A stretch of DNA of 57,684 bases from the NCBI GenBank assembly GCA_037968535.1, contig JBBKVT010000187.1:1-57684 (forward strand), in the 5' to 3' direction. The notes under the pieces were generated by a model, which searched no databases, was not told where the DNA came from, and saw only the letters and a list, made by a program, of their open reading frames with translations. The translations under genes were made by a program, and so were the position numbers. Positions within the stretch are counted from its first letter, which is position 1; the number at the start of each line of letters is the position of its first letter. This document shows, in pieces, positions 31,002 through 39,901 of this stretch. The stretch comes from Paracoccaceae bacterium (lineage in GTDB: Bacteria; Pseudomonadota; Alphaproteobacteria; Rhodobacterales; Rhodobacteraceae).

Positions 31002-31024
31002 TTTGCAAATTGCAAATCTGCAAA
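31002..31024. promoter_or_regulatory. Array of three TTGCAAA-type heptads (TTTGCAAATTGCAAATCTGCAAA); candidate PccR operator
   Basis: It lies in the divergent pccB / MFS intergenic region, about 100 nt upstream of the pccB ATG. The motif resembles the TTTGCAAA repeat reported for PccR/ScfR-family targets (from memory). Confidence 0.55.
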
Positions 31025-31083
31025 CTTGGTAGGCCGTTCTCTTCGCTATTGGACTGCCGCGGCATTCCTTCTATGTGACGAGA

Positions 31084-32301
31084 ATGACCACCAAGCCCGA
31101 AGTCCGGTTTCTGGACCGCTCCACCCCGCCCCATATCATGACGCTTGTGCTGATGACCGGCATGGCGGCAATGACGATGAACATGTTCCTGCCGTCGCTG
31201 CCGGCGATGACGACCTATTTCGACACCGACTACAGCGTCATGCAGTTGTCGGTAGCACTTTATCTCGGCGTGAACGCCGCTTTGCAGGTCGTGGTCGGGC
31301 CGATCTCGGACCGTTTCGGCCGCCGCCCGGTCCTGTTGTGGGGGTTCGGGCTGTTTCTGGTGGCGACTGTCGGCTGCATTCTGGCGCCCACGGTCGAGGT
31401 TTTTCTGGTCTTCCGCATGGGCCAGGCGGCCAGCGTCGTGGCGATGGTGCTAAGCCGCGCGGTGGTGCGGGACATGGTGCCGCAGGATCAGGCAGCCTCG
31501 ATGATCGGCTATGTCACCATGGGCATGGCCGTGGTGCCGATGATCAGCCCCGCGCTTGGCGGCTGGCTTGACGAGCATTTCGGCTGGCAGGCGACATTCT
31601 GGTTCTTGCTGGCGACCGGTGCGTTGACGATGTGGCTGATCTGGACCGATCTGGGCGAAACCAACCCGGCCCGCCCGATCACCTTTCGCCAACAGGCGCG
31701 CGACTATCCAGAGCTTTTGAAATCGCAGCGGTTCTGGGGCTATTGCCTGGCAGCGGCCTTCGCTTCGGGCGCGTTCTTTGCCTATCTGGGCGGCGCACCG
31801 TTTGTCGGCACGCAGGTCTTCGGCCTGCCCCCCTCGACGCTTGGCTTCTTTTTTGGCGCGCCGGCGCTGGGATATATGCTGGGAAATTTCCTGTCCGGCC
31901 GGTTCTCGATTCGGGTGGGCGTGAACCGGATGGTGCTTTGGGGGGCATCGACGACCACGATGGGCGTCACCGTCTCGCTGCTGCTGTTCCTTGTCGGATC
32001 CGGCAATGTCTATACGTTCTTCGGCTTCATGACCTTCGTCGGTCTGGGCAACGGCCTGGTAATGCCGAATGCAACATCGGGGATGCTGTCGGTACGGCCG
32101 CATCTGGCTGGCACGGCGTCGGGCCTGGGCGGGGCGATCATGATCGGCGGCGGTGCGCTGCTGTCGGCGCTGGCGGGTGCATTGCTGGTACCCGGACGGG
32201 GGCCATTTCCACTGCTCTGGATCATGCTGGTGGTGTCGGCGTTGTCGATCGTGTCGGTTCTGTGGGTAATAGCGCGGGAACGCCGCGTCGGGATTGCCTG
32301 A
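31084..32301 (+). CDS. MFS transporter (Bcr/CflA drug-resistance subfamily-like)
   Basis: ATG 31084 (MTTKPEVRFLDRS...); the listed start 31075 is a GTG. 12 TM segments, GPISDRFGRRPVL motif. Confidence 0.88.
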   Translation: MTTKPEVRFLDRSTPPHIMTLVLMTGMAAMTMNMFLPSLPAMTTYFDTDYSVMQLSVALYLGVNAALQVVVGPISDRFGRRPVLLWGFGLFLVATVGCILAPTVEVFLVFRMGQAASVVAMVLSRAVVRDMVPQDQAASMIGYVTMGMAVVPMISPALGGWLDEHFGWQATFWFLLATGALTMWLIWTDLGETNPARPITFRQQARDYPELLKSQRFWGYCLAAAFASGAFFAYLGGAPFVGTQVFGLPPSTLGFFFGAPALGYMLGNFLSGRFSIRVGVNRMVLWGASTTTMGVTVSLLLFLVGSGNVYTFFGFMTFVGLGNGLVMPNATSGMLSVRPHLAGTASGLGGAIMIGGGALLSALAGALLVPGRGPFPLLWIMLVVSALSIVSVLWVIARERRVGIA

Positions 32302-32306
32302 AAGGG

Positions 32307-32343
32307 TTTGCAAAGGTAAATAGCGCCAGTGCAAACCTGCAAA
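32307..32343. promoter_or_regulatory. TTTGCAAA ... TGCAAACCTGCAAA motifs upstream of pccR; candidate autoregulatory operator
   Basis: TTTGCAAA at 32307-32314 and TGCAAA-CC-TGCAAA at 32330-32343, 11-47 nt upstream of the pccR ATG. Confidence 0.45.
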
Positions 32344-32353
32344 GGCGGCTGAC

Positions 32354-33745
32354 ATGGCAACTCAGAAACTCTACGCCGGAACCAAGCTGCGCGAAACCCG
32401 CACCCGGATCGGCCTGACGCAGAAGGCGTTTGCCGAGAAGCTGGGCGTCAGCCTGCCCTATTTGAACCAGATGGAAAACAACAACCGCCCGGTTTCCACC
32501 GGCGTGGTGCTGGCGCTGGCGCAGGAATTCGGATTTGACGTGACCGAGCTTTCCACCGGCGATGCCGAGCGCATGGTCACCGACATGCGCGAGGCGCTTG
32601 CCGATCCGGTGTTTGCCGATGCAGCGCCACCCCTGGCCGATCTGCGGCTGGCCGCTGGCAATGCGCCAGCCTTTGCGCGGGCGTTTCTGGAATTGCACCG
32701 GGCTTACCGGCAAAACCACGAACGGCTGGCATCGCTGGACGAGGCTTTGGGGCGCGAAGACAGTGCCGTGCGACCCAGCCCCTGGGAAGAAGTTCGCGAT
32801 TTCTTCCACTATTGCGACAACTACATCGACGCGGTGGACCGCGCCGCGGAACGGTTTGCCAAGCTGAAGCCCGACCCTGCCGAAGCGGCGACGCTTGCGC
32901 TGGAACGACAGGGCATCAAGACGGTCGTCGTGGCGCAGGATGCGCTGCGCGATTTCGACAGCAGCGCGAGTCGGCTAAGCCTGTCGCGATCCTCTGCCAA
33001 TGCTACCCGACGGTTCCAGTTGCTGCATCAGGTCGCGCTTTTAACCCAGGACAGTCTGCTGGAGGCGACGCTGGACCTCGCCCGGTTTCACACTGCAGAA
33101 GCCCGCGCCATCGCCAAGATCGGGCTGGCGAATTATTTCGCCGGGGCAGCACTTTTGCCCTATCACGCGTTTCAGGCTGCGGCGGAAGAGACCCGGCACG
33201 ACCTGGAACGGCTGGCCGAGTTGTTCGGCGCCTCGATCGAGCAGGTCGCGCACCGGCTATCGACGCTGCAACGACCCGGCGCAAAGGGCATTCCGTTCTA
33301 TTTCGTTCGCGTCGATCAGGCCGGGACCATCACCAAGCGACATTCCGCGACGCGGCTGCAATTTGCCCGCTTCGGTGGTGCCTGTCCACTTTGGAACGTG
33401 CATCAGGCATTCGAGGTGCCGGGGCGGTTCCTGCGACAACTTGCCGAAACCCCCGACGGCGTGCGTTATTTCTGTCTGGCACGGGATGTCTCGAAACCCG
33501 GCGGCTCGTTCCACGCCCCGGTGCGCCGGTTCGCCATTGGCCTTGGCTGCGAAGTGCAGCATGCGGCACGTCTGGTCTATGCCGACGAAATGGACGTGAC
33601 CAAACCCAAGGCGTTCGAGCCGATTGGCATTTCCTGCCGGATCTGCGAACGCCGCGACTGTCACCAGCGATCGGTGCCGCCGCTTGAAAGCCGGCTGACG
33701 GTCTATCCCGACCGCCGCGGCGTCCTGCCTTATACGATCAACTGA
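32354..33745 (+). CDS. pccR: Short-chain fatty acyl-CoA regulator (ScfR family; XRE HTH plus ImmA/IrrE-like plus DUF2083), PccR-type
   Basis: 463 aa, N-terminal HTH LRETRTRIGLTQKAFAEKLGVSLPYLNQMENNNRP, large C-terminal domain ending in a Cys-rich CRICERRDCHQR. It is linked to pccB. Confidence 0.8.
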   Translation: MATQKLYAGTKLRETRTRIGLTQKAFAEKLGVSLPYLNQMENNNRPVSTGVVLALAQEFGFDVTELSTGDAERMVTDMREALADPVFADAAPPLADLRLAAGNAPAFARAFLELHRAYRQNHERLASLDEALGREDSAVRPSPWEEVRDFFHYCDNYIDAVDRAAERFAKLKPDPAEAATLALERQGIKTVVVAQDALRDFDSSASRLSLSRSSANATRRFQLLHQVALLTQDSLLEATLDLARFHTAEARAIAKIGLANYFAGAALLPYHAFQAAAEETRHDLERLAELFGASIEQVAHRLSTLQRPGAKGIPFYFVRVDQAGTITKRHSATRLQFARFGGACPLWNVHQAFEVPGRFLRQLAETPDGVRYFCLARDVSKPGGSFHAPVRRFAIGLGCEVQHAARLVYADEMDVTKPKAFEPIGISCRICERRDCHQRSVPPLESRLTVYPDRRGVLPYTIN

Positions 33746-33806
33746 GTGCGTCGGCGCGGCCGGTTCTCGCGACCGCGGTTTGGCCCCGGACGCGACGGCC
33801 GCCCCG

Positions 33807-34052
33807 TCACGCCGCCGGTTGCGACAGGATTTTCCAGATCTGATCCTTGAGCACCAAGCGCTGTTTGCGCAACTGATCCTCGTGCAGATCATCGGTCGGC
33901 TCAATATTGGTTTCGGCGCGATGCACGGCGCGGTTCACCTCGTGATATTCGTCTACCAGCTTTGCGAAATGCGGATCGGACTTCTTCAACGCATGAATCC
34001 GCTCGGCCTTGTCGGGAAATTCTTCTGCAAGCTCGTGGGGTGTGTGGCTCAT
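33807..34052 (-). CDS. YdcH/DUF465 family protein
   Basis: 81 aa, ...IHALKKSDPHFAKLVDEYHEVNRAVHRAE.... GGAGGA precedes the ATG. Confidence 0.85.
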   Translation of the reverse strand: MSHTPHELAEEFPDKAERIHALKKSDPHFAKLVDEYHEVNRAVHRAETNIEPTDDLHEDQLRKQRLVLKDQIWKILSQPAA

Positions 34053-34143
34053 CTGGTCCTCCGTTGGATTGTTCGGGGGTCAGCCTAACGCCGGATCAGA
34101 CGCGCCACTTTGATCCGGGTCAACAAAAGCTGTTTGGGCGAAA

Positions 34144-34777
34144 TTACTGTTTGGCCCTGCGCCAACCTGCGGCGATCGCTTCAGCTTCCGAACAGAACCA
34201 ACGCTCGCCGCGTGACGGACTGATCCGGGTGTCGTCGTAGAACTTTTGTCCCGGCAGGTGATAGATCTGGCCCGACCCCGAGATGTTGCCCTTGATCGCG
34301 CAATCGCCCTGCGCCACCTGCGGGGCTGCCTGCTTCGACGCGCGATAGGCGGAAGGATCTTCCAGCGTTCCGGCCCAGATGCCCCGGCTGGTGATCGACG
34401 CCTGCTTTTCCGCATCGAGATAATCCAGCGAATACTTGCGAAACGCGGTGGCGACGCCGCTCGCCTACCCCGGTAAAGCAGCGCGCGACGGTGCGACCGT
34501 AGCGGTCTTTCTCAAGTGCCGTGCACCGCGCCGAGCCGCCGTCGTGAAGCGCCTTGGCCTGATCCGCCGCCCAGCGACCGCAAGCCCAGGTCGCACCGTC
34601 GGCGCGTTGGCATTGCTGGTCCAGTTCGGGTGCGTCGATGCCGAACAGTCGGATCTTCACCTGGCCCAACATCAAGGTATCGGCATCAATGAACCGCATT
34701 TGGCCAGAAATCTCCTGCGCCCCTGCTGGTACTGCGGCGAGCCCGACGAGGACAATCAGTGAACAAATCCTTAACAT
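34144..34777 (-). pseudogene. Secreted thermonuclease (SNase fold) with a C-terminal CxIKGN...YH.PG...FC..EAEA.AAGWR domain, interrupted by a frameshift near 34462-34470
   Basis: Frame A (34777 down): signal peptide, then IDADTLMLGQVKIRLFGIDAPE...DRYGRTVARCFTG, then junk. The frame one nt downstream is open from 34464 to TAA 34144-34146: ASGVATAFRKYSLDYLDAEKQA...GDCAIKGNISGSGQIYHLPGQKFYDDTRISPSRGERWFCSEAEAIAAGWRRAKQ. It has no ATG, and its only GTG gives fewer than 60 codons, so it is missing from the ORF track. Confidence 0.8.
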
Positions 34778-34920
34778 GGCTTCGGTATCGTCGAGGTTGC
34801 GGCCGGTTTCAAGCCCGTCGCCATTTCGGCGTCGAGCGGTTAGGGTACAGCAGATATGATCCGGAATCGCCCGTGTCGTCCGCTATTCCGGCTGGACATG
34901 CGGGCGGTCTTGTATTTTTA

Positions 34921-34936
34921 TTGACTGATCAATCAA
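34921..34936. promoter_or_regulatory. Imperfect 16-bp palindrome TTGACTGATCAATCAA; candidate TetR/BetI-type operator of choXWV
   Basis: 14 of 16 positions are self-complementary. It lies 22 nt upstream of the choX ATG in an AT-rich patch. No cognate regulator gene is in the window. Confidence 0.35.
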
Positions 34937-34957
34937 GAAAAACAGGGAGCCTGCTCA

Positions 34958-35884
34958 ATGAAACTCAAATCCACCCTTTCGGCCCTGGCGCTTTTGGCTT
35001 TTGCCACACCCGCGCTGGCCGATTGCGAAACCGTGGTATTCTCAGATGTCGGCTGGACCGACATCACCGCGACCACTGCGGCGACGACTGTACTGCTGGA
35101 TGCACTGGGCTACGGCACAGACATCAAGGTTCTGTCAGTGCCGGTGACCTATGCCGCGCTGGCCGAGGGCGACATCGATGTGTTCCTTGGCAACTGGATG
35201 CCCACGATGGAGGCCGACATTGCCGCTTACCGCGATGCGGGAACGGTGGATACGGTGCGCGCAAACCTGGAAGGTGCGAAATACACGCTGGCCGTCAACA
35301 AGGCCGCCGCCGACCTGGGGATCAAGAATTTCGCCGACATCGCAACACACAAGGACGCGCTGGAAGGCAAGATCTACGGCATCGAGCCGGGCAATGACGG
35401 CAACCGCCTGATCATCAACATGATCGCCGACGACGCCTTCGGGCTGAAGGGTTTCGATGTGGTGGAAAGCTCTGAACAGGGGATGCTGGCACAGGTGGCC
35501 AAGGCTGATCGCGGCGGTGAACCGGTGGTGTTCCTGGGCTGGGAACCGCATCCGATGAATGCCAATTTCGAGCTGACCTATCTGGAAGGCGGCGATGACT
35601 GGTTCGGCCCCAACCTGGGTGGCGCCACGGTCTACACCAACACGTCGGCGGGGTTCTCGGACAGCTGCCCGAACGTCGGCAAACTGCTGAACAATCTCGA
35701 TTTCAGCCTGGCGATGGAAAACGAGATCATGGCCGGCATCCTCGATGGCGGCAAGAAACCCGAAGTCGCTGCGAAAGAATGGCTTGCGGCCAATCCCGGC
35801 GTGCTGGACGGTTGGCTGGCGGGTGTGACCACCAAGGATGGTGGCGACGCGATGGCGGCGGCCAAATCGTCGCTTGGAATGTGA
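34958..35884 (+). CDS. choX: Choline / glycine betaine ABC transporter substrate-binding protein (ChoX-like)
   Basis: 308 aa, signal peptide ...ALA, FSDVGWTDITATTA, FLGNWMPTMEADI, IYGIEPGNDGN, FLGWEPHPMN. Sizes of all three genes fit ChoXWV rather than ProVWX. Confidence 0.85.
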   Translation: MKLKSTLSALALLAFATPALADCETVVFSDVGWTDITATTAATTVLLDALGYGTDIKVLSVPVTYAALAEGDIDVFLGNWMPTMEADIAAYRDAGTVDTVRANLEGAKYTLAVNKAAADLGIKNFADIATHKDALEGKIYGIEPGNDGNRLIINMIADDAFGLKGFDVVESSEQGMLAQVAKADRGGEPVVFLGWEPHPMNANFELTYLEGGDDWFGPNLGGATVYTNTSAGFSDSCPNVGKLLNNLDFSLAMENEIMAGILDGGKKPEVAAKEWLAANPGVLDGWLAGVTTKDGGDAMAAAKSSLGM

Positions 35885-35954
35885 CCTTTCGCAAGGTTAA
35901 CCCCCTGGCCGCTGTGCGGCCGGGGGCACTGTTCGGGCATTGCAAGGGGACGAT

Positions 35955-36791
35955 GTGAGCTGGCTGACTGATTCCAAGATCCCTGTCGGGCGAACGGCCA
36001 AGCAGGCGTTCGACTGGTTGCAGGACAATGCGGCCTGGTTCTTCGACCGGCTGTCGGATCTGATGGAGGATCGGCTGCTGGCCGGCATCCTTTGGCTGCT
36101 GCAAGCCCCGCCCGCCTTCGTCATCATCGCGATCTTTGTGGCCCTGACCTGGTTGATCCAGCGCAGTTGGAAAGCCTGCGTGATCGTGATTTTGGGGTTT
36201 CTGTTCATCCTGAACCAGGGTTATTGGGAAGAAACCACCGAAAGCCTGACACTGGTCCTGTCGTCCTGCATCGTCTGCATGGGGCTCGGCGTTCCGATCG
36301 GCATCGCGGCGGCGCACCGGCCAAAGTTGTACCGGGCGATGCGCCCGGTGCTTGACCTGATGCAGACGCTGCCGACATTCGTCTATCTGATCCCGACGGT
36401 GATCCTGTTCGGCATCGGCGTGTCCGCCGGGCTGATCGCGACGATCATCTTCGTGATCCCGGCGGCAATCCGTCTGACGCAACTGGGTGTCTCACAAACG
36501 CCGAAACCGCTTCTAGAAGCCGCGCAGGCGTTCGGTGCGACGCCGCGTCAGGTTCTGTGGAAGGTCGAATTGCCCGCCGCATTCCCGCAGATCATGACCG
36601 GCCTCAACCAGACGATCATGTTGTCGCTGTCGATGGTGGTCATCGCCGGCCTCGTAGGGGCGGCAGGGCTGGGCATTCCGGTGGTCCGGGCGCTCAATTC
36701 AGTAAACGCCGCGCTGGGGTTTGAATCGGGTCTGGTGATCGTCGTCGTGGCAATCGTTCTGGACACCATGCTGCGGGTTGACCGCGAATGA
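35955..36791 (+). CDS. choW: Choline / glycine betaine ABC transporter permease
   Basis: GTG 35955 follows AAGGGGA (MSWLTDSKIPVG...). The listed ORF start 35940 is a TTG. It has a BPD-transporter fold, and its stop overlaps the choV ATG (ATGA). Confidence 0.88.
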   Translation: MSWLTDSKIPVGRTAKQAFDWLQDNAAWFFDRLSDLMEDRLLAGILWLLQAPPAFVIIAIFVALTWLIQRSWKACVIVILGFLFILNQGYWEETTESLTLVLSSCIVCMGLGVPIGIAAAHRPKLYRAMRPVLDLMQTLPTFVYLIPTVILFGIGVSAGLIATIIFVIPAAIRLTQLGVSQTPKPLLEAAQAFGATPRQVLWKVELPAAFPQIMTGLNQTIMLSLSMVVIAGLVGAAGLGIPVVRALNSVNAALGFESGLVIVVVAIVLDTMLRVDRE

Positions 36792-37813
36792 ACGCCGTTG
36801 AATTTGATAATGTTTCCATCGTCTTCGGCGACGAGCCTGAAGCGGCGCTGCCGTTGATGGACGAAGGCAAAAGCCGTGCCGAGATCCAATCCGGTACTGG
36901 GCAGGTGCTGGGCGTGCACGATTGCACGCTTGAAGTGGGCGACGGCGAGATCCTGGTGCTCATGGGGCTGTCGGGATCCGGCAAATCGACGCTTCTGCGC
37001 GCGGTCAACGGGTTGAACCCGGTCGCGCGGGGCGAGGTGCGGGTGAAGGCGGGCGGCGAAATGACCTCGGTCACCCATGCCGACAAGGCGACGTTGCGCA
37101 AACTGCGCCTCGGTCATATCGCGATGGTGTTCCAGCAATTCGGGCTGTTGCCGTGGCGATCGGTGGCCGAGAATGTCGGGCTTGGCCTTGAACTGGGCGG
37201 CATGCCGAAGGCCGAACGCGCCGCGAAAGTGACCGAACAACTGGCGCTGGTCGGCCTCTCGGACTGGGCTGACCGCAAGGTCGGCGAGTTGTCGGGCGGC
37301 ATGCAGCAAAGGGTCGGTCTGGCCCGCGCCTTTGCGACCGACGCGCCGATCTTGCTGATGGACGAGCCGTTCTCGGCGCTCGACCCGTTGATCCGGGCGC
37401 GGTTGCAGGACGAGTTGCTGGACCTGCAGCAGAAGCTGAAGCGCACCATTGTCTTTGTCAGCCACGATCTGGACGAGGCCTTCAAGCTGGGCAACCGTAT
37501 TGCGATCATGGAAGGCGGGCGGATCGTGCAATGCGGCACCCCGCGCGACATCTTCACCAACCCGGCGAACGAGTATGTCGCCGATTTCGTCGCACATATG
37601 AACCCGCTTGGCGTGCTCTGCGCGCGCGACGTGATGGAACCGGCGACCGCGACGCCGAAGCAGACGGTCGGACCTGATGAGCTGATCCAGTCGGTGATGG
37701 AACGGGTCCATGCGACAGGCAATCCGGTCGGCGTGGTCGAAAACGGCAAGCTGTTGGGTCAGATCACCAAGGATACGGTTCTTGCCAAGCTTCTGGATCC
37801 GCGCGGCGGATGA
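36788..37813 (+). CDS. choV: Choline / glycine betaine ABC transporter ATP-binding protein with a C-terminal CBS domain
   Basis: 341 aa, Walker A GLSGSGKST, LSGGMQQRVGLARA, LLMDEPFSALD. Confidence 0.9.
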   Translation: MNAVEFDNVSIVFGDEPEAALPLMDEGKSRAEIQSGTGQVLGVHDCTLEVGDGEILVLMGLSGSGKSTLLRAVNGLNPVARGEVRVKAGGEMTSVTHADKATLRKLRLGHIAMVFQQFGLLPWRSVAENVGLGLELGGMPKAERAAKVTEQLALVGLSDWADRKVGELSGGMQQRVGLARAFATDAPILLMDEPFSALDPLIRARLQDELLDLQQKLKRTIVFVSHDLDEAFKLGNRIAIMEGGRIVQCGTPRDIFTNPANEYVADFVAHMNPLGVLCARDVMEPATATPKQTVGPDELIQSVMERVHATGNPVGVVENGKLLGQITKDTVLAKLLDPRGG

Positions 37814-37984
37814 GGCGGAAGATGCCTGTTTTCTCCGCTTCGAATGCGCAATTTTCCTAACAAAATCAAAACGTTGCGTGCGGCGAAAGTTTTTCCGCGA
37901 AATCGGTGGTTTTCGCGATGAATGCCAACGACTTGGCTGGAAATGTTTCGCGCGCAAAACACCTCGGCTCGCCGCCAGTATGGC

Positions 37985-38887
37985 TTACAGCTTGGCCGCG
38001 TTGACCGGCGGCGTGATCGTGCGACGCCGCAACCGCGTCTCTCGCAGCGTGATGTAGCTGATCGCGGCAATGATCATGCCACCGCCCAGCAGAACGTAAG
38101 GGTCCACGCCTTCGCCAAAGACAAACGCGCCCAGCAGCGTGGCCCAGACCAATTGCAGGAACGTGACGGGTTGGGTCACGGTCAGCGGGGCGGCGGCGAA
38201 CGCGCGGGTCATGAAATAATGGCCAAGCGTCGCCAGCGCCGCGACCAGAGCCAGCCAGCCAAGCTGCACCATGCTCGGATGCACCCAGGCGGCAAAGGCG
38301 AAAGGCGCCAGGCCGATCGTCACGAGCAACGACAGCATCGCGACGATGGCACCGGCAGGTGCGATGCCTGACAGTTTCTTGGCGAAAAGGTAAGAAATGC
38401 CAAAGCTCGCCGCAGCACCGAGTTGGGCAATATGCCCGGGCTCTATGACCCGAAGACCCGGCCGCAGGACAACCAGTGCGCCTGCCAGCGCCACCGCGAT
38501 GGCAAGTATGCGGCGCAGGGCGAGCGCCTCGCCAAAGATCAGTGCAGCGCCGATGGTCACGACGATCGGGTTGAGATAGCCGATCGCGGTAACCTCGGCG
38601 ACGGGAATGCGGGCCATCGCGAAGAACCACAGGGTCACCGCCAGGCAGTGAAGCGCGCCGCGCCAGAGAAACAGCGGGACTGTGCCCTTTGGAAATCCCG
38701 CCCGCAGCGCCGGGATAAGCGCGGGCATCAGGATCAACAGGCCGAAGGCAAAACGGATGAAGGCGTTTTGCACCGCCGGCAGATCGGTGCCGAGATAGCG
38801 CACAATGCCGGTGACACCGACAAAGCTGAGCCCGCTGGCGAACATCCAGAATATGCCGGCAAGCGGACGGTCGGCGGCGTTTATCAT
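37985..38887 (-). CDS. DMT-superfamily (EamA) transporter
   Basis: ATG 38887 (MINAADRPLAGIFWMFASG...). The listed start 38920 is a GTG. 10 TM segments, two EamA repeats. Confidence 0.85.
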   Translation of the reverse strand: MINAADRPLAGIFWMFASGLSFVGVTGIVRYLGTDLPAVQNAFIRFAFGLLILMPALIPALRAGFPKGTVPLFLWRGALHCLAVTLWFFAMARIPVAEVTAIGYLNPIVVTIGAALIFGEALALRRILAIAVALAGALVVLRPGLRVIEPGHIAQLGAAASFGISYLFAKKLSGIAPAGAIVAMLSLLVTIGLAPFAFAAWVHPSMVQLGWLALVAALATLGHYFMTRAFAAAPLTVTQPVTFLQLVWATLLGAFVFGEGVDPYVLLGGGMIIAAISYITLRETRLRRRTITPPVNAAKL

Positions 38888-39001
38888 GCGGGCAGATGAC
38901 CTGATCGATGCGGCAGGCACAAGGGGGGAAGCTCGGCCCGGAGCAACTCTGCCGATCGCAACGCCGGACTTGATCCCGCGTCGCGACCGACAGGCCAGAA
39001 T

Positions 39002-39020
39002 CCCCGGATCAGGTCCGGGG
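39002..39020 (-). terminator. GC hairpin downstream of the YebC-family gene (no U-tract)
   Basis: CCCCGGA-TCAGG-TCCGGGG, 11 nt after the stop at 39031. Confidence 0.35.
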
Positions 39021-39030
39021 CTGCGTTGCG

Positions 39031-39771
39031 CTAAAGCTGGGCCGCGACATCTTCCGGAACGTCGATGTTAGCAGTCACGTTCTGCACGTCGTCGTCGTCT
39101 TCCAGCGCCTCGATCAGCTTCATCACCTTCTGCGCGGTTTCCAGATCGACCTCGGTCGAGGTTTGCGGCTTCCAGATCAACTTGGTGGTCTCGGATTCGC
39201 CCAACTGCGCTTCAAGCGAGGTCGCGACGTCGTTAAGGTCGGTATCGGCGCAGTAGATCCAGTGACCTTCGTCTTCGCTTTCGACATCCTCGGCCCCGGC
39301 CTCGATCGCGGCCATCATCACGGTGTCAGCGTCGCCGACGGAGGCAGGATACATGATCTCGCCCTTGCGCTCGAACATGAAGGACACCGATCCGGTTTCG
39401 CCAAGATTGCCGCCGTATTTGGTGAAGGTCGAGCGCACGTTCGAGGCGGTGCGGTTGCGGTTGTCGGTCATCGCCTCGACGATGACGGCGATGCCATTGG
39501 GCGCGTAGCCCTCGTAGCGGATCTCGTCATAGTTCTCGGCGTCGCCGCCCTGCGATTTCTTGATCGCGCGGTCGATCACATCCTTGGGGACCGACACCGA
39601 CTTGGCCTCTTTCACTGCAAGCCGAAGGCGCGGGTTCTTGTCGGGATCAGGTTCGCCCATTTTTGCGGCGACTGTGATTTCCTTGGACAGCTTGGAAAAC
39701 AGCTTGGCCCTGATCTTGTCCTGCCGGCCCTTGCGGTGCTGGATGTTCGCCCATTTTGAATGGCCTGCCAT
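39031..39771 (-). CDS. YebC/PmpR-family DNA-binding regulator
   Basis: 246 aa, [28 protein letters not shown]... Confidence 0.95.
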   Translation of the reverse strand: MAGHSKWANIQHRKGRQDKIRAKLFSKLSKEITVAAKMGEPDPDKNPRLRLAVKEAKSVSVPKDVIDRAIKKSQGGDAENYDEIRYEGYAPNGIAVIVEAMTDNRNRTASNVRSTFTKYGGNLGETGSVSFMFERKGEIMYPASVGDADTVMMAAIEAGAEDVESEDEGHWIYCADTDLNDVATSLEAQLGESETTKLIWKPQTSTEVDLETAQKVMKLIEALEDDDDVQNVTANIDVPEDVAAQL

Positions 39772-39901
39772 AGCCCTGTTCCTATCGGTGATTTCGGCTT
39801 TGGGCCTCTATATGTCACCACTCGCCCCGCCTGCAAGCCCGCTGGGACGTTGCAATCGGCGCGGCAATCCGGTTGGCTGCTGCAAAACCGCGGAGCCGCC
39901 C

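Noticed and set aside
37814-37984. A 171-bp AT-richer spacer between convergent choV and the DMT gene with several small hairpins (GCGGA...TCCGC at about 37815-37838, CGCGAAA-N8-TTTCGCG at about 37893-37914, TGTTTCGCGCGCAAAACA at about 37944-37961).
   Set aside because: No hairpin has a convincing U-tract, there is no promoter-like motif or conserved-looking seed, and the only ORF is 12 codons. These are probably just weak terminators. I cannot support an RNA gene from sequence alone.
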